Assembly (NCBI RefSeq): GCF_001194135.2
Contig: NC_068987.1
Coordinates: 73,249,208-73,295,258 of the forward strand
Origin: Octopus bimaculoides
Lineage: Eukaryota
Length of the DNA: 46,051 nt
Reading direction: 5' to 3'
Below the pieces are notes generated by a model, which was given only the letters and a program-made list of their open reading frames with translations, ran no database searches and was not told where the DNA came from. A program made the translations under genes and the position numbers. This document shows, piece after piece, positions 1 through 10,846 of the stretch (position 1 is the stretch's first letter; the number at the start of each line of letters is the position of its first letter).

Positions 1-316
1 TCGAATGTGGAATCTAAAAACAGAAACAATTCCTATCGTAGTAGGTGCCTTAGGTATAATAAAAAAATATTCAGGCAAATACATAACAAAAACACCAGGA
101 TTTACAAATATATATAACATACAGAAAATTGCACTACTGGGTACTGCACACATTCTACGCAAAACACTTTCAATACAGTAAACATAAGAGCACCACAGCA
201 ATCCACAGCACATACCCAAGGCGCACAGAGCTGCGCTCGGTAGTGAAGTGAAAGCACGTTATAAAAATAAAACTACTGAACAACAACAACAATAATAATA
301 ATAATAATAATAATAA
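1..316 (+). mobile_element. 3' end of a non-LTR retrotransposon with a restriction-like endonuclease (R4/Dong-like); runs off the window start
   Basis: Reads RMWNLKTETIPIVVGALGIIKKYSGKYITKTPGFTNIYNIQKIALLGTAHILRKTLSIQ* (stop 179-181), followed by a 3' UTR and an (AAC)/(AAT)n tail. It is nearly identical to 26240-26520. Confidence 0.85.
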
Positions 317-1130
317 TGGTTTCAAATTTTGGCACAAGGCCAGCAAATTTGGGGAAGAGATTCAGTCGATTACATCGACTCCATTGCTCAACTGGTACTT
401 ATTTTATTGACCTCAAAAGGGATGAAAGGCAAAGTCGAACTCAGAATGTAGTGATGGGCAGAATACTGCTAAGCATTTCACCCAGCGTGCTAATGATTCT
501 GCCAGCTCGAAGCCTTGATGATAAATAATAATAATAATCCTTCCTACTATAGGCACGAGGCCTGAAATTTTGGGGAGGGGATAATCGATTATATTGGCCT
601 CAGTACTTAACTGGTACTAATTTTATCAACCCCAAAAGGATGGAAGGTAAAGTCAACCTCAGTGGAAATAATAATAATAATAATAATAACAATAATAATA
701 ACAATGGTTTCAAATTTTGGTACAAGCCCAGCAATTTTTGGAGGAGAGAATCAGTCAATTACAGTGCCCCCAGCTCTTGACTGGTACTTTATTTTATTGA
801 CTTTGAAAAGATAAAAAGCAAAGTTGACCTTGGTGGAATTTGAACTCAGAATGTGCAGAGCCAGGAGAAATACCACTAAACACTTTTGCCTGACTTGTTA
901 ATGATTCTGCCAGCTTGCTGCCTTAACAATAACAACAACAACAACAACATTAACAATAACAACAACTGTTAATAATATGATATTGATAATAATTTCTAAT
1001 GTAAGTGCAAAGCTAGAAAGTTGGTGTTGAGAAAAAAGTTGAATTTATTACTGCCAATACTTGACTGGTATTTTATGTTATCGACCCTGAATTGATGAAA
1101 GGAAAAGCTGATCTTGGCAGGATTTGAACA
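317..1130 (-). mobile_element. Chain of about 4 copies of the major tRNA-derived SINE (family A), separated by (AAT)n/(AAC)n
   Basis: The motif tttcaaattttggcacaaggccagc...ctggtacttattttat...gaatttgaactcagaa...ctgccagct recurs. Its reverse complement has A-box-like TGGCAGAAT and B-box-like GAGTTCAAATTC, with an (ATT)n tail. Confidence 0.8.
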
Positions 1131-1219
1131 GAGACCAGTTAACTCTATTAAGGTGTGTCTTTGCAGAGTGACCAATGCAATAATGACAATATCAAGGTGT
1201 CCAAGATAAAGGGTGAAGG

Positions 1220-1550
1220 GTAAAGATCTCCTTCAATCATGAATGACCATCGGATTGCACCTAGAAAGTTACCATCTGAGGCACAAGTCTGGGCAAGGTT
1301 GTTTATGGAAGACCAGCAGATGCCCATGCATACCAGCCTCCCCTCTCCATGCTACCGATGTTATCCAAGAGAAAGGCAAAGGCCAATACAGCTTGGCACC
1401 AATGATGTTGTAACTCATTTCTACAGCTGAGCGGACTGGAGCAACATGAAATAAAGTGTCTTGCTCAAGAACACAACACACAACCCAGTCCAGGAATCAA
1501 ACTCACTACCTCATGATTGTGAGCCCAATGCACTAACCATATGCCTTCAC
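1220..1550 (-). mobile_element. tRNA-derived SINE (family B)
   Basis: The reverse complement starts gtgaaggcatatggttagtgcattgggctcacaatcatgaggtagtgagtttgattcc, a tRNA-like head. Similar copies lie at about 31190-31505 and 34915-35245, with partial copies at about 17280-17500, 17700-17857 and 21540-21766. Confidence 0.75.
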
Positions 1551-1860
1551 TGGTGTCCAAGGTAAAGTGTCACCAGCTTCTTTTACTTCTCCACCAGAAT
1601 TCAGCAAATCAGACTCCTCTTTCTCAAATGATATTTGGTATTTTAGGTAGCTTATTGTGTAATCTTTCATTGGTGGGGGTGTTCTTTTCAGGGTACATTC
1701 AAAATAGCACAAAACATATGCAAGAGCCATTGAGCATAGCTTCAAGTCTTCTTTTTAGTGGCCAATTGGAAAAACCATAAAGTAACACGGATTCATCTAC
1801 CACAAGGAAGAAGTTCTTTTTCAGATTCTCTAAGAACTAAGGCTTATGTCCATATTATGC
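1545..1860 (-). mobile_element. Degenerate RTE-clade LINE reverse transcriptase C-terminal remnant
   Basis: Minus-strand frames give LKKNFFLVVDESVLLYGFSNWPLKRRLEAMLNG and RLHNKLPKIPNII*ERGV*FAEFWWRSK. These resemble the RTE post-RT motifs VLLYGxETWxL and RxRFAGHCWRS. Multiple stops are present. Confidence 0.6.
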
Positions 1861-4376
1861 TAAGACATTGAAGTGTTATTCAAGCTTTGCTGATATGTAG
1901 CTTAACATCAGTCTATAGACCCAAAGAATCACTAAGTGAAAATGATTTGGAATGTCAAATTCACTTCTGTGAGAAAATGTAGGGGCTTTTTAGTTATGAT
2001 GCACATCCCATTGATTACGTGATTTGCTCAGATAAGGCAATACTTTATGCAGAGGGATTCAATCAATCAACATGACTATGCATTTTATGCTGCATATAAC
2101 TGTCATAAAACTGGTAACAAAAGATGTGTTCTGATTTGAACTCAGAAGCTGGAATAAATAATCTACTACCAGTACACGGCTTGAAATTTTGGACAAGTGG
2201 AATAGCCGATTACATTGAGCCCAGCGTTCAACTGGTACTTATTTCGTTGACCCCATAAGGATGAAAGGCAGAGTTGACCTCGAGAGAATTTGAACTCAGA
2301 ATCTAAAGACGGGAGATATGCCATTGAGCATTTTGCCCTGCATGCTAAAACTTCTGGCAGCTCATGACTCTTAACAAACACTGATGTATTTAGTTGATAA
2401 AAAGAAAAAGCCCAAGTATGGCTGCGTGGTAAGATGTTTACTTCCCAACCTCATGACCCCAGGTTCAGTCCCACTGTGTAGCACCTAGGACAAGTATCTA
2501 CTATAGCCCCAGATCAATCAGAGCCTTGTGAGTTGATTTGGTAGAGCAAAGCTTAAAGAAGCCCATCATGTGTGTGTGTGTGTGTGTGTGTGTGTGAGTG
2601 CGGGTGCCACATGAAAAGCACTTAATCCACATTGTAAGTTGGTCAGCATTAGGAAGGCCATCCAGCTACAAAAGCCATGACAAAACAGACAGTGAAGCCA
2701 GTACTTGTCAAATCATCCAGCCTATACCAGCACATACCATGGAAAACGGATGTTATATGATGATGATATATATAAATCATTACACATATACATATATATA
2801 TATACATACATATATATATACATATATATATACATATATACATATATATATATATACATATATATATATACATATATATATATACATATATATATATANN
2901 NNNNNNNNNNNNNNNNNNNNNNNNNNNNNNNNNNNNNNNNNNNNNNNNNNNNNNNNNNNNNNNNNNNNNNNNNNNNNNNNNNNNNNNNNNNNNNNNNNNN
3001 NNNNNNNNNNNNNNNNNNNNNNNNNNNNNNNNNNNNNNNNNNNNNNNNNNNNNNNNNNNNNNNNNNNNNNNNNNNNNNNNNNNNNNNNNNNNNNNNNNNN
3101 NNNNNNNNNNNNNNNNNNNNNNNNNNNNNNNNNNNNNNNNNNNNNNNNNNNNNNNNNNNNNNNNNNNNNNNNNNNNNNNNNNNNNNNNNNNNNNNNNNNN
3201 NNNNNNNNNNNNNNNNNNNNNNNNNNNNNNNNNNNNNNNNNNNNNNNNNNNNNNNNNNNNNNNNNNNNNNNNNNNNNNNNNNNNNNNNNNNNNNNNNNNN
3301 NNNNNNNNNNNNNNNNNNNNNNNNNNNNNNNNNNNNNNNNNNNNNNNNNNNNNNNNNNNNNNNNNNNNNNNNNNNNNNNNNNNNNNNNNNNNNNNNNNNN
3401 NNNNNNNNNNNNNNNNNNNNACACACCAGCATCGGTTGTCAAGCGATGTTGGGGGGACAAACACAGACACATAAACACACATATACATATATACGACAGG
3501 CTTCTTTCAGTTTCCATCTACCAAATCCACTCACAAGGCTTTGGTCGGCCCGAGGCTATAGTAGAAGACACTTGCCCAAGGTGCCATGCAGTGGGACTGA
3601 ACCCGGAATCATGTGGTTGGTAAGCAAGCTACTTACCACACAGCTACTCCTGCGCCTATATATATATATATATATATATATGTTTGTGTGAATGTGTGTA
3701 TGTTTGTGTCTCCTTGTCTGGACATCACGTAAAATGGTTGTCACTGTCATAAAAGCAATGCCATTCATTTCTAATATTTTGCAGGAACATATCTGGCCAT
3801 GGGAAAATATTACCTTACATGGAAACAGGTGAGGGTTGGTGACAGGAAAGGCACACAGCTGTGGAAAAATCCACCTGAATAAACTCCATCTGACCCAAGC
3901 AAGCAGGGAAAAGTGGACATTATAATGATGATGACGATGGCTACAATGATGATGGTGGTGGTGGTGGTGATGACGATGATGATGATGCTGATGACGACAA
4001 CAACAATGCTGGTGGTGGCGGTGATGATGATGATGATGAAGAATAATATTTGTACAAAAGCCTTCTACTTTACTTTTGTTCATAGTTGTTATCATATGGC
4101 AAGACATTGAATAAAATATATTACTATAAGTCTAAAGTATTGCAACATATGAAACATCATTTTTAACAAAGAAATTTGTCACTGTAAATAGAAAAGCAAT
4201 AAATTTTATTGAATTGAAATGAATAGCATGTTGGTTCATAGAGAAAAGTCTTAAAAATGTCTTAACAAGCCATTACAGTTCTTCAGACTAAAAGAAGCAA
4301 GAATAATAAAAAAATAATAATAACCTAACAGGAAACTTCTGGGTAAGAACTGGTGGTTTTAAGATAAGCTGATGGC

Positions 4377-4382
4377 TTTATT
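4377..4382 (-). promoter_or_regulatory. Candidate polyadenylation signal (AATAAA) for HEXD; a second one lies at 4205-4210
   Basis: TTTATT on the plus strand about 95 nt and about 265 nt downstream of the predicted stop. The motif is common in AT-rich DNA. Confidence 0.35.
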
Positions 4383-4474
4383 AAATAATAAATTAATTAC
4401 ACAATTAATTATATTGACACTGAAAATGCTGTTGATTGAAAAATACTGAGTGACACTTTTAAATGTTTGAGATC

Positions 4475-4547
4475 TTAGTGGGTCCAGAGGCATTTGAATA
4501 GTGTCAGAGTATCAGGATAAGGTCGATATGTTAGTTCTGGTAGGAAT
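4475..4547 (-). CDS. HEXD: Hexosaminidase D-like, candidate terminal coding exon 14: (R)FLPELTYRPYPDTLTLFKCLWTH*
   Basis: Strong acceptor (tttttcttttctttcttctgcag). The longest of the three frames matches the phase-2 end of exon 13, and AATAAA lies downstream. Homology support is weak. Confidence 0.5.
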
Positions 4548-4833
4548 CTGCAGAAGAAAGAAAAGAAAAACAGTCAGATAGAATGATAGACAGACAGACA
4601 GACAGAATGACAAGTACAATAATGTTTGCTAAGTTAACAGTTATTGTCTGGCGACTTAAAGTATTGCTGGCTAGACACCGCCTTAGTCGAAGAAATTGAC
4701 CCCAGAACTTTTTTTTTAAGCCTGGTACTTATTCTATCAGTCTCTCTTTGCTGAACTGCTAAGTTACTGGGATGTAAACAAGTGGTGTTGGTATGTACGT
4801 ACGTACACACGTACATACATATATACATACATA

Positions 4834-5420
4834 CAGTACTGTGCAAAAGTCTTCAGCCACTTTAAACTATTGTAAATTTTTACTAATTGCTAACTTATAA
4901 GTGGATGTTTCGCACTGCATTTCTTACAGATGAAACATTGGCTCTGTTGGAGTCATTTCCATACATAATCATTATATTTTGTAGCAGCGATTCTGAATGA
5001 GAGGGGAAGGTGCAAAACGGCCACCAAAAATGGCTGTGCAAAAGTTTTCGTCCATCTCACATAAACCAGTCAAAATACAGTGTTTTACAACAGAAAAATG
5101 TCTATAATGAAAGTTTATTACATAATGCTCATTTCAAGAAGTTACTGTACATTGTTAATATTTTGTGTGGCTTCTTTTAGCTTGAATAATTGCTTTAATG
5201 CGCATGGGAAGAGATGTGTACAGATCCTTCACCATCTTAACAGGGTTGAGATGCCATTCTCTGTGGTTGTGTTCCCACAACTCCTCTAGACTGCATGGAT
5301 TCTTTTGACAAACTCTTCTCTTCAGTTCTGTCCACATTTGCTTGATGATATTTAAGTCAGGGCTCTGAGCTGGCCAGTCTTTCAAGACTATATCACGAAG
5401 CCACATTTCCATGGTCCCAA
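4834..5420 (-). mobile_element. Tc1-family DNA transposon, 3' end (transposase C-terminus plus IR/DR-type terminal repeat)
   Basis: ORF 5155-5439 has WPAQSPDLNII...W...SLPMRIKAIIQAKRSHTKY, matching the Tc1 WPxQSPDLNPIE and GxxTKY motifs. The terminus is TA|CAGTACTGTGCAAAAG at 4832-4834, and a 21-nt internal direct repeat lies at 4839-4859 and 5034-5054. Confidence 0.85.
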
Positions 5421-5959
5421 TGAAACAACCATTCAACACTTACCTGTAAAGATGTTTGACAACTACAGTCTGCCTGGGCAATATAAGGTCCACACTCTAA
5501 ATATAAATTATCACTTTGCTGCAATCATTGGTGGTGGTGGTGGTGGTGCAGGCNNNNNNNNNNNNNNNNNNNNNNNNNNNNNNNNNNNNNNNNNNNNNNN
5601 NNNNNNNNNNNNNNNNNNNNNNNNNNNNNNNNNNNNNNNNNNNNNNNNNNNNNNNNNNNNNNNNNNNNNNNNNNNNNNNNNNNNNNNNNNNNNNNNNNNN
5701 NNNNNNNNNNNNNNNNNNNNNNNNNNNNNNNNNNNNNNNNNNNNNNNNNNNNNNNNNNNNNNNNNNNNNNNNNNNNNNNNNNNNNNNNNNNNNNNNNNNN
5801 NNNNNNNNNNNNNNNNNNNNNNNNNNNNNNNNNNNNNNNNNNNNNNNNNNNNNNNNNNNNNNNNNNNNNNNNNNNNNNNNNNNNNNNNNNNNNNNNNNNN
5901 NNNNNNNNNNNNNNNNNNNNNNNNNNNNNNNNNNNNATATATATACACACATAGACACA

Positions 5960-6330
5960 GGAGTGGCTGTGTGGTAAGCAGCTCGCTTACCAACCACATG
6001 GTTCCGGGTTCATTCCCACTGCATGGCACCTTGGGCAAGTGTCTTCTACTATAGCCTCAGGCTGACCAAAGCCTTGTGAGTGGATTTGGTACACAGAAAC
6101 TGAAAGAAGCCCGTCGTATATATATATATGCATAAGTATATGTTTGTTTGTCTGCGTTTGTTCCCCACTGTTGCTTGACAGCTGATGTTGGTGTATTTAC
6201 ATCCTCGTAAATTAGCGGTTCAGAAAAGGAGACCAATAGAATAAGTACTTGGCTTACAAAGAATAAGTCCTGGGGGCGATTTGTTTGGCTAAAAGGTGGT
6301 GCTCCAGCAAGGCCACAGTCAAATGATTTA
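5960..6330 (+). mobile_element. tRNA-derived SINE (family C) with an internal (TA)n microsatellite
   Basis: Reads ggctgtgtggtaag...ggttccgggttcattcccactgcatggcaccttgggcaagtgtcttctactatagcc...aaactgaaagaagcccgtcg. Related copies lie at about 2418-2575, 3420-3655 (-), 13560-13915 (-), 22560-22910 (-), 23650-24010 and 31040-31160 (-). Confidence 0.75.
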
Positions 6331-7328
6331 AACAAATAAAAAAATAAAAGAATATATATAGACACATACATACATATGTGTGGGTATATTGCTTGTGTAT
6401 GTGCTTGTATGCATTTATGTATGTGTGTATGTGTGTGTATGTGTGAGTGTGTGCATGTGAGAAGACATCCCTAAATTGGTGATGAAACAAGACAAAACAG
6501 TTGGGGTAGAAAATATTGATATACAAGGAGCAGATAAGAATTATATAAAAGAAGTAGGTATGAAAAGAAGTTATAAATACTCAGGTATGATAAAGTTAGA
6601 TAAAAATATACAGAACTAACATGAAGGATATATTTACTTCAACATATTTCAGTAGGGGTAGAATTTAGGTCAGAGAAGACTAAGACTTGTCTTAAATACA
6701 ATGTCATATCTCTTTAGTAGTATTGTGGAAAGGTCCTAAAATAGACTGACTGAAGGTCAGATTAATTTAGGGAGATTTGAAATATAATGGTCATATTTGG
6801 GACATGATATTCCAGATATGTTATTGGGAATATTTATTTCACATGTATGAAAGTGGAGCAGTGGGGAAGGTGTTAGGGGTTGTAAAGAATATATTTAGAG
6901 AATAAGAAACTCTAGTGTAGCATGGTATGTAAGAAATAATGTGGAACCACCATTGTAAATGGTAAAAGAATAGTTTAGTTTGAAGGGTGTACAATATCTG
7001 GAAAAATCTAGAGGTGACACAATGAGAATTTGGAAATATTGGTTTCCAATTTTGGCACAAGGCCAGCAATTTTAGAGGAAGGAGTAAGTCAATTACAATG
7101 ACCCCAGTGTTCAACTGCTACTTATTTTACTGACCTTGAAAGAATGAAAGGCAAAGTCAACCATGGTGGAATTTGAACACAGAATGTAAAGATGGATGAA
7201 ACGCTGCTAAGCATTTCACCCATCATACTAATGATGCTGCCTATTTTCTGTCTTAAGAACTTGGAAATATTAAGAGAATAACATATAGTCAAGATTTGAG
7301 AGATGAATGACAGTAGTGACGTCATTAA

Positions 7329-7541
7329 CCCTTTAACATTCAGATTACCTTGTCAAAAATAATGCTTATTTATTCACTTTGTTTTGAATCAACCATCTTG
7401 TAGTTTTGAGATTTCAATGAAATGATTATCTATTCTTAGAATGAATACATAGGGTAGGTGTGAGAGGTTAGATCTGGCCAGTTTGAAAATAAAACAAGTA
7501 GTATATTTGGGCTGTTAATGCCTGGTTTAAATGCTAAAGGG
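7329..7541. mobile_element. piggyBac-type non-autonomous element (MITE)
   Basis: TTAA|CCCTTTAACATT at the left end and AATGCTAAAGGG|TTAC at the right end, i.e. CCC/GGG termini with a TTAA target site (right copy mutated). Confidence 0.7.
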
Positions 7542-7625
7542 TTACAAGCATGATCAGAGTTTAAGAGAAACAGATTCAAGGACAGAGAAGTACATCAAAT
7601 AGAGGTAAAAACCATTGAATCTCTA

Positions 7626-8010
7626 TTGCATAAAATGCGCGGAGAGCTAAGTGAAAGTGTTGCATATTTGGTAAGGGAATGTAACACACAAGGAAGACCT
7701 AAACTGAGGTACAAGAACACACTGAAAAGCAACCTCAAATGGAGCAGCATTAGTTCACATGAACTTGAAGCCCCTGCCACAGACAGATCAGTGTGGAGGT
7801 CCTTCACCTCAAGAACAGCAGCTGCCTTCAAAGAGAACTGGCAACAGTGCCTCACTGCTGCAAGAGAAAGAAGTCACAGAGCAGTGTCCATCTCAATCCA
7901 GTCAACAGACTATTGTTGTGATACCTGTGGTTGCCTGTGTCCTTCCAGCTTTAAACTGCTGAGTCATGTGCTCTCATTGCTGAGAAAACTGATTTTATCC
8001 TTGTCGGACA
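7626..8010 (+). mobile_element. RTE-clade LINE 3' ORF remnant
   Basis: GRPKLRYKNTLKSNLK...ATDRSVWR...CDTCGCLCPSSFKLLSH matches the RTE C-terminal GRPxxxYKD/DRxxWR motifs and a decayed terminal C2H2-like knuckle. Confidence 0.75.
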
Positions 8011-8699
8011 CTGATGGACAATCAACAAACTCCAATGAATGTAATAAATTGACTGGCTAGGAACAAACAAACAGGGTGTATATTCTGGGTGTGGGTGAAT
8101 GTTGTACACTCATCAAAGATTAAGTTAGGTTGAAGTTGTGTTCATCATCATCATCATTTTAAAATCCACTTTTCCATGCTTGTATGGATCAGATGGAATT
8201 TATTGACACAGATTTTTATGGCTAGATGCCCTTCCTGCTGCCAACCCTCACCTGTTTCCAGGCAAGGTAATATTTCCCCATGGCCAAACATGTTTACAAC
8301 AAAAGACTGGAAATGAACATCACTTGTATAACAGTGATGCTTTTTCACGACAATGATGTCAAAACAAAAGTTTACACAAACACACACATATGTATATATG
8401 ATAGGTTTCTTTTAGTTCCTATCTTCCAAATCCACTCACAAGGCTTTGATCATCCCAGGGCCATAGAAAAATACATTTGCACAAGGTACCATGCAGTGAC
8501 TTAAAACAAATAAAAGCTAAAAGATACAATTACTAAATGTTACAGATGTTACTAGTAAGATATTTGAAATCTAATTAACAGGACATCTTAAGTCTAGATA
8601 ACGAGATACATTATATATAGTTTATGAGACACTGCAGAACTTGTTCATGGGATGCACCAAAGAGAAAGAAAAGGATAAGAAATCTCTGAAAGAACTTAC

Positions 8700-8786
8700 C
8701 TCAGTGCCTCATCAAGAAGCTGTTGTAGATGTGCAGGATTAAGAAATCCACGCTGTAAGTTATAGTCATTCATCCATGTCTGACGT
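8700..8786 (-). CDS. HEXD: Hexosaminidase D-like coding exon 13: (R)RQTWMNDYNLQRGFLNPAHLQQLLDEAL
   Basis: Acceptor gtcttacag and donor gtaagt; 87 nt, phase 2 to 2. It aligns to the HEXD RYVTGWFSPY...HP segment. Confidence 0.85.
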
Positions 8787-9311
8787 CTGTAAGACAAAAC
8801 AACACTATATCAAATATGTTAACGCTAACTTAACTATTGCTTTTCCCATGTATAACCGCAGTCTCTGAGTAACCAACTTTATAGAGGTGCCCAAACTCAT
8901 GTATTCCTCCCCTCAATACTTGTCAGCTCAACCACAACTGCTTCCTTCTTTCTTAACCCCCATGTAAAATACAGAAGCACCATCTTCCCTCCATTGGTTT
9001 GTTGACTTGTGAGCTACATGGTGACCTCAATAGTGCCGTAGCACAACTAAAAAACATCCAGTACACTTTGTAAGGTGGGTGGTATTAAGAAAGGCATCCA
9101 AACGTAGAAACCATGCCAAAACAGACACCAGAGTACAATGCAATCCTTGACTCAGTGGATCCTTGTCAAACTGTCCAAGCCATTCCAGCATGGAACATGA
9201 ACATCAAATGATGATGATGATATCATGTCAGAGTTGACTCTGCTCTTTATTTCTCCGAATATAACCAGTAACAGAACCAGTAATATACGGAAATTAATTT
9301 AAATAAGTAAA

Positions 9312-10846
9312 AGGAAGTAGCTCATTCCCCTCCTCAGAACTTTCCAGGAAGTAATTACTCCCCCACCTCTGAACTTTCCAGAAAGTAATAAACCCCCATT
9401 CCTTGGAACTTTCCAGGAAGTAATTACCCCCTCCTCGGAACTATCCATGAAGTAATTACTCCTCCCTCTGCAGAACTTTCCAGGAAGTAATTCCTCCCCT
9501 CTCCCTCTCCTTGGAACTTTCGAGGAAGTATTTCATCACCTCCTCGGAACTTTCCAGGAAGTAGATCATCCACCTCTTCCCTTTCCTTGGAACCTTCCAG
9601 GAAGTAATTACCCCCTCGTCTGAACTTTCCAGGAAGTAGTTATTCCCCCTCCTCGGAACTTTCCAGGAAATAATTCGCCCCTTTCTCCTCGGAACTTTCC
9701 AGGAAGTTATTCCCCTCCACCTCTCCTTGGAACTTTCCAGAAAGTAATTACACCCCTCCCCGGAACTATCCAGGAAGTAATTACTCCTCCCTCTTTGGAA
9801 CTTTTCAGGAAGTAATTCATCCCCTCCTCCCCTTCATTGGAACTTTCCGGGAAGTAATTACTCCCCCTCCTCGGAACTATCCAGGAAGTAATTACTCCTC
9901 CCTCTTCGGAACTTTCCAGGAAGTAATTTCTCCTCCCTCTTCGGAACTTTCCAGGAAGTAATTTCTCCCCTCTCCTTGGAACTTTCGAGGATGTATTTTA
10001 TCGCCTCCTCGGAACTTTCCAGGAAGTAGCTCATCCTCGCCTTCCTTGGAACTTTCCAGGAAGTAATTACTCACACACCTCTGAACTCTCCAGGAAGTAA
10101 TTACTCCCTTTCCTCGGAACTTCCCAGGAATTAATTCGCCCCTTCTACTCGGAACTTTCCAGGAAGTTATTCCTCCCCTTCCTTGGAACTTTCCAGGAAT
10201 AATTAACCCCCTCCTCGGAACTTTCCAAGAAGTAATTCGCCCCACCATCGGAACTTTACAGGAAGTAATTCCCCCCTTCCTTGGAACTTCCCAGGAAGTA
10301 ATTACCCCTACTCGGAACTTTCCAGGAAGCAATTACTCTTCCTCCTCGGATCTTTCCAGGAAGAATTCTTCCCCCTTGGAAGTATCCAGGAAGTATTTCA
10401 TGCTTCTCCTCGGAACTTCCAGGAAGTAATCCATCCCCTTCTCGGAACTTTTCAGGAAGTAATAACTTCCCCTCCTCTGAACTTTCCAGAAAGTAATTCA
10501 CCCTCCTTGGAACTTTCCAGGAAGTATTTCATCCCCTCCTCGGAACTTTCCAGGAAGTAATTATTCGCCACCTTCCCTGCCTTAGAACTTTCCAGGATGT
10601 AATTACTCCCCCTCGGATCTTTCCAGGAAGTAATTCCTTCCCCCTCCTCTCCTTCATTGGAACTTTCCAGGAAGTAATTACTCCCCTTCCTCGGAACTTT
10701 CCAGGAAATATTTCCTCCCACTCCTCGGAACTTTGCAGGATGTAATTCACCCCTCCTCGGAACTTTCCAGGAAGTTATTCCACCTACCCTTCCTTGGAAC
10801 TTTCCCGGAAGTATTTCATCCCCCATCCTCAGAACTTTCCAGGAAT
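9312..10846. repeat. Minisatellite of about 44 units of 30-43 bp: conserved core GGAACTTTCCAGGAAGTAATT plus a variable C/T-rich linker
   Basis: Units were counted by eye. The core is well conserved while the linker varies in length and sequence. Diagnostic variants recur 13 units apart (units 6-11 versus 19-24). Confidence 0.95.

Noticed and set aside
2598-3691. Long ORFs spanning N gaps (also 5452-6054, 10733-11793, 16127-16871, 24544-24888, 39164-39490)
   Set aside because: They stay open only because of N runs and flanking microsatellites.
3556-4110. Poly-His or poly-Met proteins (also 11669-12204, 21043-21427)
   Set aside because: These are translations of GAT/GGT/AAT microsatellites.
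5444-5497. Extra HEXD exon (AG...CAG|gtaagt at 5444)
   Set aside because: The frame required by exon 13 contains a stop (TAG) and there is no similarity to HEXD.
6490-7030. Old LINE RT remnant (SYKYSG-like motif on the plus strand)
   Set aside because: Too degenerate to assign without a profile search.
9892-10826. Minus-strand ORFs with repeated LPGKFR/ITSWKVP peptides
   Set aside because: These are translations of the satellite in several frames with no splice or homology support.
9312-10846. CRISPR-like repeat-spacer array
   Set aside because: The spacers are short, low-complexity C/T runs related to each other. There are no cas genes and the context is eukaryotic, so this is a minisatellite.
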